DNA of 64,000 nucleotides from Pseudomonadota bacterium (GTDB lineage: Bacteria > Pseudomonadota > Alphaproteobacteria > Rhodobacterales > Rhodobacteraceae), in NCBI GenBank assembly GCA_038747015.1, contig JBCDKE010000007.1:63-64062 (forward strand). The letters run 5' to 3'. The notes under the pieces were generated by a model, which was not told the DNA's origin, did not search any database, and worked only from the letters and a program-made list of their open reading frames with translations. Both the position numbers and the translations under genes were made by a program. Every line of letters begins with the position of its first letter. Positions within the stretch are counted from its first letter, which is position 1. Positions 49,479 to 59,806 of the stretch are shown one piece after another.

Positions 49479-50857
49479 AGCCCCAAAACCTCCGGCAATG
49501 CCTCTAGCAGCGCCCGCGCGCCTTGACCCACGCCACCCTTGGGTCGCGTGGGTTCCGGCGACGGCTGCCAACCGTAAATGTCAAAATGCACGTAGCGCGT
49601 GCCCGGCTCGGTAAACCGCCGCAGGAAGAGCGCCGCCGTGATCGACCCCGCAAACCCGCCCCGCGGCGCGTTGTCGAGGTCAGCAATCCCCGGCTCGATC
49701 ATCGCCTCGTAGGGCGCGTGGAACGGCAGCCGCCAGACCGGGTCGCCGACCCGTGATGCCGCCGCCTCCAGCGCGCTCGCGACGGCCCAGTCGTCGGTAT
49801 AGTAGGGCGCCAGGTCCGGCCCCACAGCCACCCGCGCGGCCCCCGTCAGCGTGGCCATGGAGACCAGCAGATCAGGATTTTCCTCCTGCGCGAGCGCCAG
49901 CGCATCGGCCAGCACCAGCCTCCCCTCGGCATCCGTGTTGTTGATCTCGACCGTCAGGCCCTTGCGGCTGGTCAGGATGTCCTGCGGCCTGAACGCCGAC
50001 CCATCGATCGAATTCTCCACCGCCGGGATCAGTACGCGCAGCTTCACAGGCAGCTCCAGCACCATGATCATGCGCGCCAGCCCCAGCACCGTGGCCGACC
50101 CGCCCATGTCCTTTTTCATCAGACCCATGGAGGCACCGGGCTTGATGTTGAGCCCGCCGGTGTCGAAACACACGCCCTTGCCCACAAGCGTCAGTGTCGG
50201 TCCCGCTGTGCCCCAGCGCATGTCGATCAGACGCGGCCGCCGGGCTGAAGCCCGGCCTACGGTATGGATCATGGGGAAGTTCTGCGTCAGCAGTTCCTCG
50301 TCCAGGATCACACTGAACTCGGCCCCGAACTCATCGGCCAGCGCCCGCGACGCCGCCTCCAGCTCTTCGGGGCCCATGTCCGATGAGGGCGTATTGATCA
50401 GGTCCCGCGTCAGCGCCTCGCCCGCCGCTATGGCTTCGATCTGCGCAGCGTCCACGCCCTCCGGGGCCATGAGCCCTGCCTTGGCCGCGCCCTGACTGGC
50501 ATAGCGGTCAAACCGGTAGCTCGCCAATAGCCAGCCCAGCGCGAACCCCGCCAGATCGGTTCCCTTGGGCGCGCCGTCCACGCGATAGATGCCTTCCGGC
50601 AGTTTGCCGACACCGCCCAACGCCCCGTCGCGTTTGCGCGCGCGGGCCTCCGCGGTGCCCAGCCCTATCGCAGCACCGCTGACGCCATCTGCGCCGGGCA
50701 GCGCAATCGCCTGCCCTAGCTTGCCCGAAAACCCCTGCGCCGCGACCCAGGCCGCCGCCTGCGCGTCCAGCCCCTTCTGCCACGCCTCGAACCCCTCCGG
50801 ATCGACCAGCGTCAAAGAAATCGCATCAGCAGAGTTTTCGACAAATTTCAGGGACAT
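49475..50857 (-). CDS. M17 leucyl aminopeptidase family protein
   Basis: GKGVCFDTGG, MKKDMGG, NTDAEGRL, ATLTGA. Confidence 0.93.
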   Translation of the reverse strand: MSLKFVENSADAISLTLVDPEGFEAWQKGLDAQAAAWVAAQGFSGKLGQAIALPGADGVSGAAIGLGTAEARARKRDGALGGVGKLPEGIYRVDGAPKGTDLAGFALGWLLASYRFDRYASQGAAKAGLMAPEGVDAAQIEAIAAGEALTRDLINTPSSDMGPEELEAASRALADEFGAEFSVILDEELLTQNFPMIHTVGRASARRPRLIDMRWGTAGPTLTLVGKGVCFDTGGLNIKPGASMGLMKKDMGGSATVLGLARMIMVLELPVKLRVLIPAVENSIDGSAFRPQDILTSRKGLTVEINNTDAEGRLVLADALALAQEENPDLLVSMATLTGAARVAVGPDLAPYYTDDWAVASALEAAASRVGDPVWRLPFHAPYEAMIEPGIADLDNAPRGGFAGSITAALFLRRFTEPGTRYVHFDIYGWQPSPEPTRPKGGVGQGARALLEALPEVLGL

Positions 50858-50955
50858 AGGCAGGTCTCGCTAGATCGTTTAGGGGCGCATCAGCACACCC
50901 TAACCTCTCTGCAACCCGCTGCCTAGCAGGGCCGAAACCTGCCCCCGGCATAGCC

Positions 50956-51339
50956 TCAGTAAGTCGACAGTTCCGGCAGCTCCCACATGGCCGTGAGCGA
51001 CCGATCCCCCAGCCGCATCAGACGGTTCACCACCGCCGCCAGCGCCACATGATCGCCGTTCAACGCCGCGTCCGCCACCGCCCTGGCACCCTGCGCCAGC
51101 GACGCCATACCGATCTGTTCTGCAATGCCAACCAGCCCTTTGGCTGACCGCCAAAGCGCCTCTGCATCTTGCTCGCAATAAGTGTGCTCGATCCGGGACA
51201 ACCGGTTGGCCGTCTCCTCCATTGCCCGTGCTATCACGCCCTCTGCGCCCGCCTCGCCCAGCTGTATCCGCAACTCGGCCAAGACCTCAGCATCCACGCG
51301 AACGTCTTCGTCGTGGGCCAAGACCACCACATTTTCCAT
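50956..51339 (-). CDS. Hypothetical all-helical protein, Hpt-like but lacking the phosphoacceptor His
   Basis: VDAEVLAEL...LWRSAKGLVGIAEQIGMASL aligns by eye to the Hpt consensus aHxLKGsaxxiGaxxL. Confidence 0.6.
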   Translation of the reverse strand: MENVVVLAHDEDVRVDAEVLAELRIQLGEAGAEGVIARAMEETANRLSRIEHTYCEQDAEALWRSAKGLVGIAEQIGMASLAQGARAVADAALNGDHVALAAVVNRLMRLGDRSLTAMWELPELSTY

Positions 51340-51537
51340 TTTCTCTCACCCAATATCGTCGCCCCCACGACAGGGCGCAGATATGCCCGCGATATCCTTA
51401 GGAAACGTTACCGCGCCGGTTGGCTTTCCCTCGGATTTGATGCAACGAAAGATCAAGTTAGATACGCGCTAGGAACAGCCGGCGAAGGCGGCCTCCCAAC
51501 GACCCGGTGCCCAGCACCCCCAAGGACAGACAGACCC

Positions 51538-52506
51538 ATGTTCGAACTCGCTGCCGCCAATTTGCTGTCCCCTATTATCCTGAGCTTCGCGTTGGGCCTT
51601 GCGGCGGCCCTGGCGCGCTCGGACCTTTCGATCCCAGAGGCCGTGGCCAAGGGGATGTCGATCTACCTCCTCTTTGCCATCGGCTTCAAAGGCGGGGTGG
51701 CAGTGGCGGAAAATGGCATCGATGCCCAACTTCTGGGGACACTGGCAGCGGGTTTCGTGCTCTCGGCAATCATCCCCTTCGTGGCCTTCGCGCTGCTACG
51801 GGTGATGACCAAACTCGACACGCTCAACGCCGCCGCCGTGGCAGGGCATTACGGCTCGATCTCCATCGTGACCTTCGTGGCGGCCACCTCGGTGCTCGAA
51901 AGCGCCGGCCTCACCGCCGAAGGCTACATGGTCGCCACCGCTGCGATCATGGAAGCACCCGCGATCCTTTCAGCGCTCTGGCTGGCGTCCCGTGCATCGG
52001 GCGAGAGCCGAATGGACGCGACACTGATGCGCGAGATCCTCCTGAACGGCTCCATCGTCCTAATGGTTGGGTCCTTCTTCATCGGGTTGGCCACGGGCGC
52101 GGACGGGCTCGAGATGATCGCCAGCTTCATCGTCTCGCCGTTCCAGGGCGTGCTGTGCCTCTTCCTTCTGGACATGGGCCTCATCGCCGGGCGCGGATTG
52201 CGCGAAACGCGTGGCGAGCTAGGCGTTGGCACGGTGTTATTCGGCATCCTCATGCCCCTGATCGGCGCCACGTTCGGACTGGTCACCGGCCTGATCCTTG
52301 GGCTGTCCACAGGAGGTACCCTTCTCCTAATGACGCTCTCGGCGTCGGCCTCCTACATCGCCGTGCCCGCCGCCATGCGCGTGGCGCTGCCCGAGGCCAA
52401 GCCCGCCATCTACCTGACGCTCTCGCTCGGGATTACCTTCCCCTTCAACCTCGTCCTCGGCATCCCGCTCTATCTAGCCGTGGCGCAATCCTTCGCCGGA
52501 GGCTGA
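51538..52506 (+). CDS. sbtA: SbtA sodium-dependent bicarbonate transporter family permease
   Basis: IYLLFAIGFKGG, GHYGSISIVTF, LFLLDMG, SASYIAVPAAMR, ITFPFN. Confidence 0.9.
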   Translation: MFELAAANLLSPIILSFALGLAAALARSDLSIPEAVAKGMSIYLLFAIGFKGGVAVAENGIDAQLLGTLAAGFVLSAIIPFVAFALLRVMTKLDTLNAAAVAGHYGSISIVTFVAATSVLESAGLTAEGYMVATAAIMEAPAILSALWLASRASGESRMDATLMREILLNGSIVLMVGSFFIGLATGADGLEMIASFIVSPFQGVLCLFLLDMGLIAGRGLRETRGELGVGTVLFGILMPLIGATFGLVTGLILGLSTGGTLLLMTLSASASYIAVPAAMRVALPEAKPAIYLTLSLGITFPFNLVLGIPLYLAVAQSFAGG

Positions 52507-52507
52507 C

Positions 52508-52816
52508 ATGCAGACCCACCCCGCCAAACGCGTCGAAATCACGATCGAAGCACCGATGGAGCGCCGCCTACGCAAGGTTCTCAAAGACGCCGATATCACC
52601 GGTTACACCATCGTCCCTGTGCGCGGTGGTTCGGGCAGATCTGGCGAATGGACGCGCGAAGGGCAGGTCGGACGCTCGGGCATGGTGCAGTTTCAAATCA
52701 TCATCCGACCGGACCGGCTGGGCGGCCTTCTCGACGCCGCTTTCGCCGTCGTTGAAAAGCAAATCGGCGTGGTCTGCATCACCGATGCTCAGGTGCTTCG
52801 CGCAGAACGCTTCTGA
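52508..52816 (+). CDS. sbtB: SbtB PII-like regulator
   Basis: KRVEITIE, ITGYTI...GGSG, VLRAERF; 1 bp after sbtA. Confidence 0.82.
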   Translation: MQTHPAKRVEITIEAPMERRLRKVLKDADITGYTIVPVRGGSGRSGEWTREGQVGRSGMVQFQIIIRPDRLGGLLDAAFAVVEKQIGVVCITDAQVLRAERF

Positions 52817-52887
52817 TTTGCCAATTTATGTGCTAAGCAGCCTTCATAACAAAAACGACGTAGCCAACATCAAGGGTCCGCGCCCAA

Positions 52888-53421
52888 ATGCGTCTCTTAA
52901 AGAACATTGTTCTAGGCCTTTTGGGCCTCGTAGTACTTGTTGCCCTCGGAAGTTTCCTTTTGCCTCGCGTTGTCACTGTTGAACGGACAGTGACCATAGA
53001 CGCCCCGGCGAGCAGTGTTTTCCCGCTGGTGAACTCCATGCAGCGAACCGTGGAATGGTCGCCGTGGCTGGAAAAAGATCCCAATGTGGTGAACACCTTC
53101 TCCGGCCCCGATAGCGGCGTGGGCAACAAGATGGCATGGGCATCGGACCAGCCGGATGTGGGCAACGGGACCCAGGAAATCGTCGAGAGTGTCGAGAATC
53201 AGAAGGTCACGACCGCGCTCGATTTCGGCGCTCAGGGCCTCGCGACGGCCGAATTCCTGCTCAACGACAGCGGCACAGGGACAGATGTCACCTGGACGCT
53301 AATCACCGATACCGGGTTCAATCCCATGGCGCGGATCTTCGGCACCATGCTCGACGGCTTCATCGGCCCTGACTACGAAAAGGGCCTCGCCAATCTCAAA
53401 GCGGTCGCCGAAAGTAGCTAA
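52888..53421 (+). CDS. SRPBCC/polyketide-cyclase family protein with N-terminal anchor
   Basis: VERTVTIDAP, WSPW, GPDYEKGLANLK. Confidence 0.85.
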   Translation: MRLLKNIVLGLLGLVVLVALGSFLLPRVVTVERTVTIDAPASSVFPLVNSMQRTVEWSPWLEKDPNVVNTFSGPDSGVGNKMAWASDQPDVGNGTQEIVESVENQKVTTALDFGAQGLATAEFLLNDSGTGTDVTWTLITDTGFNPMARIFGTMLDGFIGPDYEKGLANLKAVAESS

Positions 53422-53582
53422 CCCACCCTGAACGGGCCAAGAGTTTTTCAAAACTCGTCCATGCGCGGCGACGCCTCGGGGGGATTACCGGGGCGGCAAA
53501 CATCACCACCCCAAATACGGATTCCGGGCGGGCGGGTGCGATGCGGCACCGCCGCGAGCGTCCGAACCGCCCGGAAACCAAC

Positions 53583-55202
53583 TCAGGGACGCCAGTTCAA
53601 AACCTGCCCCTCCGGCCAGCGCAGATCAAAGCTCAGCTCGATCTCCTGAACCGCCCTGGGCGCCAACGACAGATCCCACTCCATCACGCCGATCAGATCA
53701 TCGGCATCGCGCGTGCCCGGTTCCGGCGCCATCTCCACCCGGATCTCCAGATCTTCTTGCTGCGAGCTTGGCACCGCATAGCGCAGCCGCACCTCCTGCG
53801 GCGCATCGCCGAGATTTCGCGCTACCAACCGCACCCGGTCTTCGCGCGTCTCTTGCCCCCGTATCACCCCGCGATCCCCGGATTGCTGATCCAGGAATAC
53901 GGTTTCCAACGCAATCGACCGCTCCGGCCCAAAGCCCAGCGCTTCCTCCGCCCCCGCCGCAATCAGCGGCAAAAACTCGCTCCCGATCAGCGTCGCACCC
54001 CGGTAGATCAACGCCTCTCCAGGCAGGATCGGCTCCCCCTGATCGTTGGTGAACTCTGCCGTCACAAACGCCGTGTCATCCAGACGCGGCGACGCCTCCA
54101 AGTAATGCTCGGCCTCAAACTCTAATGGCGCCAGAGCCACCTGCGCCCCACCCGCGCCGGGCATGAGCGTCACCGGCGCAGGCAGGTCATAGCGGATCAC
54201 TGCCCCATCAGCATCGACACCGGCGAATCCCACCTCTTCAATGAGGGCGTCAGCCTCCATCATCGGCTCCGCCAGATCAGCGGTCACCGCGCTGCGCAAC
54301 GTCGGCGCGGCCCTCGGTTCCATGACTCGCGCGATGGAGCGCCCGACGCGGCTCGCTGCCAACTGGCCCCCAGGGTCGGCTGTCGACAGCTTCACCACCG
54401 TGTCCACCCAGGGCAGCGCCCCGAACTGGTTCACCTTAACATTGCGATCCATGGACAGACGGTCCGCTTCCTCGTCCAGCGACACGACATAGCTGATCGA
54501 CCACGACGCCTCCACGGCGCTGGGCATCGCAATGCTCACCTCACCGGCCTCCGCCACGGCCACGTCAAGGGTCACCAGTTGCCAGCGCGCCCCCGCCGGT
54601 CCCAGTGCCGCCAAAGCCGCCTCCGACCGCGCCAGAACCGCGCCCGCCTCCTTCAGTCGCTCCTCCAGATCAGGCACCTGCGCCTCCAGCGCCGCGCGCG
54701 CCTGAGCAAGCGCCGCGAGCTCCCGGGCAACCGTCGCAGCCACCGCCACGAGCTCCTCAGCGCTGGCCAAAGTGTCCCCCCCGGTCACCGACCGCAAAAA
54801 CGCATCCTGGGCATCAAGCGCCGACATCTCGGCACGCAAAGCCGCCAGTTCGCGCTCCAGCGCCTCCACCGCCGCCAGATCCGCGTCCCGCGCCTCCCGT
54901 GCGGCACCAACCGCCCCAATATCGAACTCCGCAGGATCAAAACGCGTGTTCTCGGCCACGGAAACACCCGTCAGCACCGCGCCCTCCAGCTCGGGCCTGA
55001 CCCCGGCCCGCGCCACGACCACCTCGGGCAACAAAGTGTGGATCTGATGGTTACCCGCCGGCAGCTCTACCGCGCCGCTCAGCTCTACCAGAGCAACTCC
55101 AGGAAAGACCTCCGCATAGGTCACCGGCAAAGGCAGCGTCACCTCCGCCGCCGACACCGCAAACGGCATCGCCGCCACCGTTGCCATCAGTACTGCACGC
55201 AT
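53583..55202 (-). CDS. DUF4140/DUF4139 secreted protein
   Basis: Signal peptide, coiled coil, VKLSTADP, ILPGEALIY, PSSQQEDLEI. Confidence 0.8.
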   Translation of the reverse strand: MRAVLMATVAAMPFAVSAAEVTLPLPVTYAEVFPGVALVELSGAVELPAGNHQIHTLLPEVVVARAGVRPELEGAVLTGVSVAENTRFDPAEFDIGAVGAAREARDADLAAVEALERELAALRAEMSALDAQDAFLRSVTGGDTLASAEELVAVAATVARELAALAQARAALEAQVPDLEERLKEAGAVLARSEAALAALGPAGARWQLVTLDVAVAEAGEVSIAMPSAVEASWSISYVVSLDEEADRLSMDRNVKVNQFGALPWVDTVVKLSTADPGGQLAASRVGRSIARVMEPRAAPTLRSAVTADLAEPMMEADALIEEVGFAGVDADGAVIRYDLPAPVTLMPGAGGAQVALAPLEFEAEHYLEASPRLDDTAFVTAEFTNDQGEPILPGEALIYRGATLIGSEFLPLIAAGAEEALGFGPERSIALETVFLDQQSGDRGVIRGQETREDRVRLVARNLGDAPQEVRLRYAVPSSQQEDLEIRVEMAPEPGTRDADDLIGVMEWDLSLAPRAVQEIELSFDLRWPEGQVLNWRP

Positions 55203-55261
55203 GAAAAGACCCTCCCGAGATAGTCCCGGAAGGGTCCAACAATCTCAGCCGTTAGGCAATA

Positions 55262-56284
55262 TCAGCCCTTCTTGAGAACCCGGTTGCCCAGCGTTTCGGC
55301 GATCTGCACCGCGTTCAGGGCGGCGCCCTTGCGCAGGTTATCGCTCACGCACCACAGGTTCAGACCGTTCTCGATGGTCGAATCCTGACGGATGCGGCTG
55401 ATAAAGGTCGCGTAATCGCCGACGCATTCCAGCGGCGTGACGTAGCCACCGTCTTCGCGCTTGTCGATGACCATGATGCCGGGCGCCTCGCGCAGGATGT
55501 CGCGCGCTTCGTCCTCGTCGAGGAACTCCTCGAACTCGATGTTCACAGCCTCAGAGTGGCCGACGAATACCGGCACCCGCACGCAGGTCGCGGTGACCTT
55601 GATCGACGGATCAACGATCTTCTTCGTCTCGGCGACCATCTTCCACTCTTCCTTGGTGGAACCGTCATCCATGAATTTGTCGATATGCGGGATGACGTTG
55701 AACGCTATCTGCTTGGTGAACTGCTTGGGTTCCACCTCGGAGGTCGGGTTGTAGATCGCCTTGGTCTGATCCCAGAGCTCATCGAGCCCGCCCTTACCGG
55801 CGCCGGAAACCGACTGGTACGTGCTGACCACTACGCGCTTGATCTTTGCACGATCATGGAGCGGCTTCAGCGCCACGACCATCTGCGCGGTGGAACAGTT
55901 CGGGTTCGCGATGATGTTCTTCTTCGCGTAGTTCTCCACCTCTTGCGGGTTCACCTCCGGCACCACCAACGGCACCTCGGGGTCATAGCGGTAGAGCGAA
56001 GAGTTATCGATCACCACGCAGCCCGCCGCGGCGGCCTTCGGCGCATAGATCTTGGTCGCGTCCGAACCCACCGCAAAGAGCGCGATGTCCCAGCCCGTGA
56101 AATCAAATGTATCGAGATCCTGCGTCTTCAGTGTCTCGTCGCCAAAGCTTACCTCTGTGCCAATCGATTTTCGGCTGGCCAGCGCCGCGATCTTTTCAAT
56201 CGGGAACTTCCGCTCGTCCAGAATATTGAGCATCTCGCGGCCCACGTTACCGGTGGCGCCCACGACAACAACAGAGTAGCCCAT
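55262..56284 (-). CDS. asd: Aspartate-semialdehyde dehydrogenase
   Basis: VGATGNVG, IDNSS, ANPNCST, YQSVSGAG, DNLRKGAA. Confidence 0.97.
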   Translation of the reverse strand: MGYSVVVVGATGNVGREMLNILDERKFPIEKIAALASRKSIGTEVSFGDETLKTQDLDTFDFTGWDIALFAVGSDATKIYAPKAAAAGCVVIDNSSLYRYDPEVPLVVPEVNPQEVENYAKKNIIANPNCSTAQMVVALKPLHDRAKIKRVVVSTYQSVSGAGKGGLDELWDQTKAIYNPTSEVEPKQFTKQIAFNVIPHIDKFMDDGSTKEEWKMVAETKKIVDPSIKVTATCVRVPVFVGHSEAVNIEFEEFLDEDEARDILREAPGIMVIDKREDGGYVTPLECVGDYATFISRIRQDSTIENGLNLWCVSDNLRKGAALNAVQIAETLGNRVLKKG

Positions 56285-56562
56285 GACGTGTCCTTTCCTT
56301 GAGGCACGCGGGCCTTACGCCTGTTAGGCGCAGAAGGAAAGGGGCGGCTTTCGACACTCGCATAATTGTGGCCCTATGGGCAGCCTGACGCGTCAAAACG
56401 CGACTTTCAGGCTTTGTTACCACCCGTGGACCAGCGCATCCGCAGGCCTCGCCTGAAGCTACCAAGACCTCGCACCCCGCACTCAAGCAAAAGTTGAGTC
56501 CGCGAAATCGCACTATCGTGATACAATAGCCCTTTGAATTTATGCATTGGAGGACGGTCGAG

Positions 56563-57600
56563 ATGACGGCTGACCAGACACAAACACTAGATTTTCCGGG
56601 TTATGAAAAGGGCGAACCGCTGGGCGCGTCCTTCGGCGGACATCGCATAACAGGCGTGAAACCCTTCGATATCGGCATAGGAACCGTGCGCTTGTCCTAC
56701 TCCGGGGTCAAAGTGCTCGTGGATGTACATCTCAAGGAAATCGCTGGATTCGACCCCCGGGATTTCCCTCAGATGCAACTCTACCCCGGCCACCTGACGG
56801 CATCCGGGTCAGTCTCCTACACCATCTTCCATAAAGAGGTCCGGGTGACGCTTGTCGCGATCCCTGACGAACGCAAAGTGGTGATCAAATTCGACGGCGA
56901 TGACCCTATCAAACCTCACCTGCCAAAACACCCGATCAATCTGCCCTATCTGGACGGTCCCTACCCGTTCCCGGATATCAGCGGCCTGAAACGGCCAAAG
57001 CCTTTCACCCACGATCAGGTTCAGGATCTTTTGAATACCGGTAAGTGGCATGACCAGGGCAAGGCGACCGGGCTAGACCGGGTTCTGGAAAGCGAGAAAA
57101 CAGCGCGCGACCTGGTGACGATGCTCGGCGGTGACCCGTGGCTCAGGGAAAGCCAATCCACGCTCAGGGATCTCAGCGGCGGCGCAAACGACGCCGAGGA
57201 CAAGGATGAACTGATCGCCTTTGGCGCGCGTGTCACGGCTGATGCCGTGTTGTCATTTGACAAAGGCGTCGGGTTTTTCTTCGGCAAGGAATATCTGGGC
57301 GTCTTCATGCTTGGACAGGCCGGCATAGGCGTGGCGCTCGAAATCTCGATCGAACTCATGATTTGCAATTACTGGGGCGCAGACGACACCCCCGGCTCGG
57401 CGCTGGACGCTTTCCAAAGCATAAATGGCTACATCAAGGTCTCAGGCGGTCCTGGCCTCATCGCCGACGTGGATTTCGTTTTCACAATGGACCCGGATTT
57501 TCGACTCTGCGGGATCAATTATGGCGTCGGCTTTGGCGAAGGCTTCAGCGTGGGCGCCGGCGTCCAAAAAGTGGCAGCCGGGAATTACCACAAACCCTAG
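56563..57600 (+). CDS. Hypothetical protein with a Gly-rich beta-strand C-terminal domain
   Basis: GGAGG RBS; 345-aa ORF; no signal peptide. Confidence 0.75.
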   Translation: MTADQTQTLDFPGYEKGEPLGASFGGHRITGVKPFDIGIGTVRLSYSGVKVLVDVHLKEIAGFDPRDFPQMQLYPGHLTASGSVSYTIFHKEVRVTLVAIPDERKVVIKFDGDDPIKPHLPKHPINLPYLDGPYPFPDISGLKRPKPFTHDQVQDLLNTGKWHDQGKATGLDRVLESEKTARDLVTMLGGDPWLRESQSTLRDLSGGANDAEDKDELIAFGARVTADAVLSFDKGVGFFFGKEYLGVFMLGQAGIGVALEISIELMICNYWGADDTPGSALDAFQSINGYIKVSGGPGLIADVDFVFTMDPDFRLCGINYGVGFGEGFSVGAGVQKVAAGNYHKP

Positions 57601-57815
57601 CGGCAAATGCCCACCGTAAAGCCCTCACGTTACACACTAACGGCACAAAGCGGGGCTTTTCGGCCGTCGTAGTGCCGTCGTGTTTGGGACGCGCCGCCGA
57701 CCTCTCAGATATCGGCAAAATACACGCCGTTTCTTTTTCCTTGCCCAACCGCCCAAATGGCGACACCCTCTAAGCGATCGGATAACCCACAGAGTTTACA
57801 GAAAATTTTGAACCC

Positions 57816-59297
57816 ATGGACCGAAGTAGCGTTGAGCCAAAGGATGCAAGAGAGGCCGTCTCAGGCCTGTCTGCGCTCACCGAAGCGTCTCACGACAGTC
57901 TGGCCGGGTTTTCAGATGATCTGAAAGTTGGGGATGCGCAGCCGGATTTCTGGTCCGGCACCACCCCTGTCTGGATCGGGGCTGTGCGGGCAGACAAAAC
58001 CCAATCGCATTGGCCAATTCTTGAACGCAAACACAAGACCTGCACCCTGCGCGGAATGGGTCATGGCGGCGCGCTCATCGTTCGCGAGGCCGACCTGATC
58101 AACCGCTTGCAGCTATCCGCGCCAGAGACTCTGACTGCCGCAGAAATGCGCATCGCAATCGATCTCGCTCAGGGTCTGACACTCAACGACAGCGCCGAGT
58201 CGGCAGGACTATCGGCCGCCACCAGGCGCAAACAGGTGCAGAACCTGTTCCGCAAACTCGACATCAGCAGCCAGACAGAACTCGTCCTCTTCGTCACTGA
58301 TACCGTCAATCAGTTCGTGTTCGACCTGACCGCCGATGAACCAGGTTTGGACGGCCAGTCGAACCGACCGAATTCGACAATCGCAAAATACCAAAAGCAC
58401 TTGCCCGAAGGCGCGAGATGGGGCGCCCTGCATGCGCCAAACGGTGGCTCGGTCAACTACGTTGATATAGGCCCCGTTGACGGCAAGCCTGTGCTGATCC
58501 TGCATTCCATGGTCTTTCCCAATATCGACGCCGAGGACGTCGCCCTTTTTCACGAACTGGGATGGCGCACGCTTTGGCCCCTGCGGCCCGGCGCTCTCGC
58601 CCCGGCCAGTCACAGGCACCGCAATTGGCACAGCCATTGCGATCAGGTCGTCGCGGACATTCGGGTCCTTTTGGATTCCGTCACACAAAATCCTGTCCCC
58701 TTCGTTTCCCTCGTGTCCGGGGGCTCCTATGCCACCAGCTTTGCCGAGACCTATCCGAACCGCGTGCAACGCATCGATCTCGTGGCGACATGCTTCACCT
58801 CGGGCAAGGGCGGAGACGATAACTACTTCTTCGACCAGATAGTCAGAAAAATGACGCAGAACGGCAGGCTTGCAGCGGTTGCCGCCGCCCATCTTGTGCG
58901 CGGCTTTGGCAGCGACGCCCAACTTGAGAAATCGACGCGCCGTATCTATCGCGACAGCAACGAGGATCAGACCCTGCTGGATGACGAATTCGGCACGCCT
59001 GAGCGGCGCGAACGGTTCAGTATGGCATCTATGCAATCGCTCGACTCCATGCGCATGGACTATCTTTCTCAGATGCACTTTTCCTGGGATCGGGCCCGCG
59101 ATGTCCCCCACCCGGTCCGGTTCTGGCACGGTACCGAAGACCGGGTGAACAACCTCGAACAGGTGACGCGCCTGTCAAACCGCGTGGCCAAACGCCCGCC
59201 CCACGCGATGCGCGATTTGGGCCATCTCACCCAAGGGCCACCCATTCGGGCCGCCTTTCGCGCCATTGATGAGAGCTTCGGCACCGACGACAAATAA
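57816..59297 (+). CDS. LuxR-type HTH fused to an alpha/beta-hydrolase domain
   Basis: LTAAEMRIAIDLAQG...TRRKQVQNLFRKLDISSQTELV; hydrolase GKPVLILHS, LVSGG, WHGTED, LGHL. Confidence 0.82.
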   Translation: MDRSSVEPKDAREAVSGLSALTEASHDSLAGFSDDLKVGDAQPDFWSGTTPVWIGAVRADKTQSHWPILERKHKTCTLRGMGHGGALIVREADLINRLQLSAPETLTAAEMRIAIDLAQGLTLNDSAESAGLSAATRRKQVQNLFRKLDISSQTELVLFVTDTVNQFVFDLTADEPGLDGQSNRPNSTIAKYQKHLPEGARWGALHAPNGGSVNYVDIGPVDGKPVLILHSMVFPNIDAEDVALFHELGWRTLWPLRPGALAPASHRHRNWHSHCDQVVADIRVLLDSVTQNPVPFVSLVSGGSYATSFAETYPNRVQRIDLVATCFTSGKGGDDNYFFDQIVRKMTQNGRLAAVAAAHLVRGFGSDAQLEKSTRRIYRDSNEDQTLLDDEFGTPERRERFSMASMQSLDSMRMDYLSQMHFSWDRARDVPHPVRFWHGTEDRVNNLEQVTRLSNRVAKRPPHAMRDLGHLTQGPPIRAAFRAIDESFGTDDK

Positions 59298-59298
59298 C

Positions 59299-59316
59299 AT
59301 ACCCCAAATAGGGTAT
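59299..59316. promoter_or_regulatory. Inverted heptamer (7-2-7) ATACCCCA-AA-TAGGGTAT
   Basis: Imperfect palindrome immediately after the regulator stop; resembles the NarL/LuxR-family TACYYMT arrangement. Confidence 0.5.
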
Positions 59317-59419
59317 ATTCTGGAAATTGACGTGGATCGCGCCTGATCCCTTTGCAATCGATGGGGCGCGGTGCTCGCTGCGACTGGCACCTCTTTCGAA
59401 ATCGGTAAGGGCCAGTGTG

Positions 59420-59806
59420 ATGAGAGTGGTATTTTTGTTGATTTCGCTGGCGATTATTTCCGCCTGCAGCGACACCGCGACACAAACTTCGCCCAATGGT
59501 CCAGCATTTGTCCCGGTGACCGACGCTGCCGCGTTCAACGCATCCCTGGTGGATCAACGCTTTGAAGGCATCGAGCAACCAGAGGTTTGGTTTCAATTCA
59601 ATTCAGACGGCACCATGGTCGGAAACCTCCGCCGCGGCACCGTCACCGGAACGTGGGAATTCGAGGACGGTTATTGGTGCCGCGAATTCGAAGCCGGAGG
59701 CACAGCCAGCCCCTACGATTGCCAAACAGTCGAACTCGCCGACGACCTCGTCCGCTTCACCCGCAACCGCGGCCAGGGCGACGCTGGCGTCTACAAGCTA
59801 AACTAA
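59420..59806 (+). CDS. Hypothetical lipoprotein (128 aa)
   Basis: Lipobox ISAC; GTWEFEDGYWCR...DC beta domain. Confidence 0.78.
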   Translation: MRVVFLLISLAIISACSDTATQTSPNGPAFVPVTDAAAFNASLVDQRFEGIEQPEVWFQFNSDGTMVGNLRRGTVTGTWEFEDGYWCREFEAGGTASPYDCQTVELADDLVRFTRNRGQGDAGVYKLN

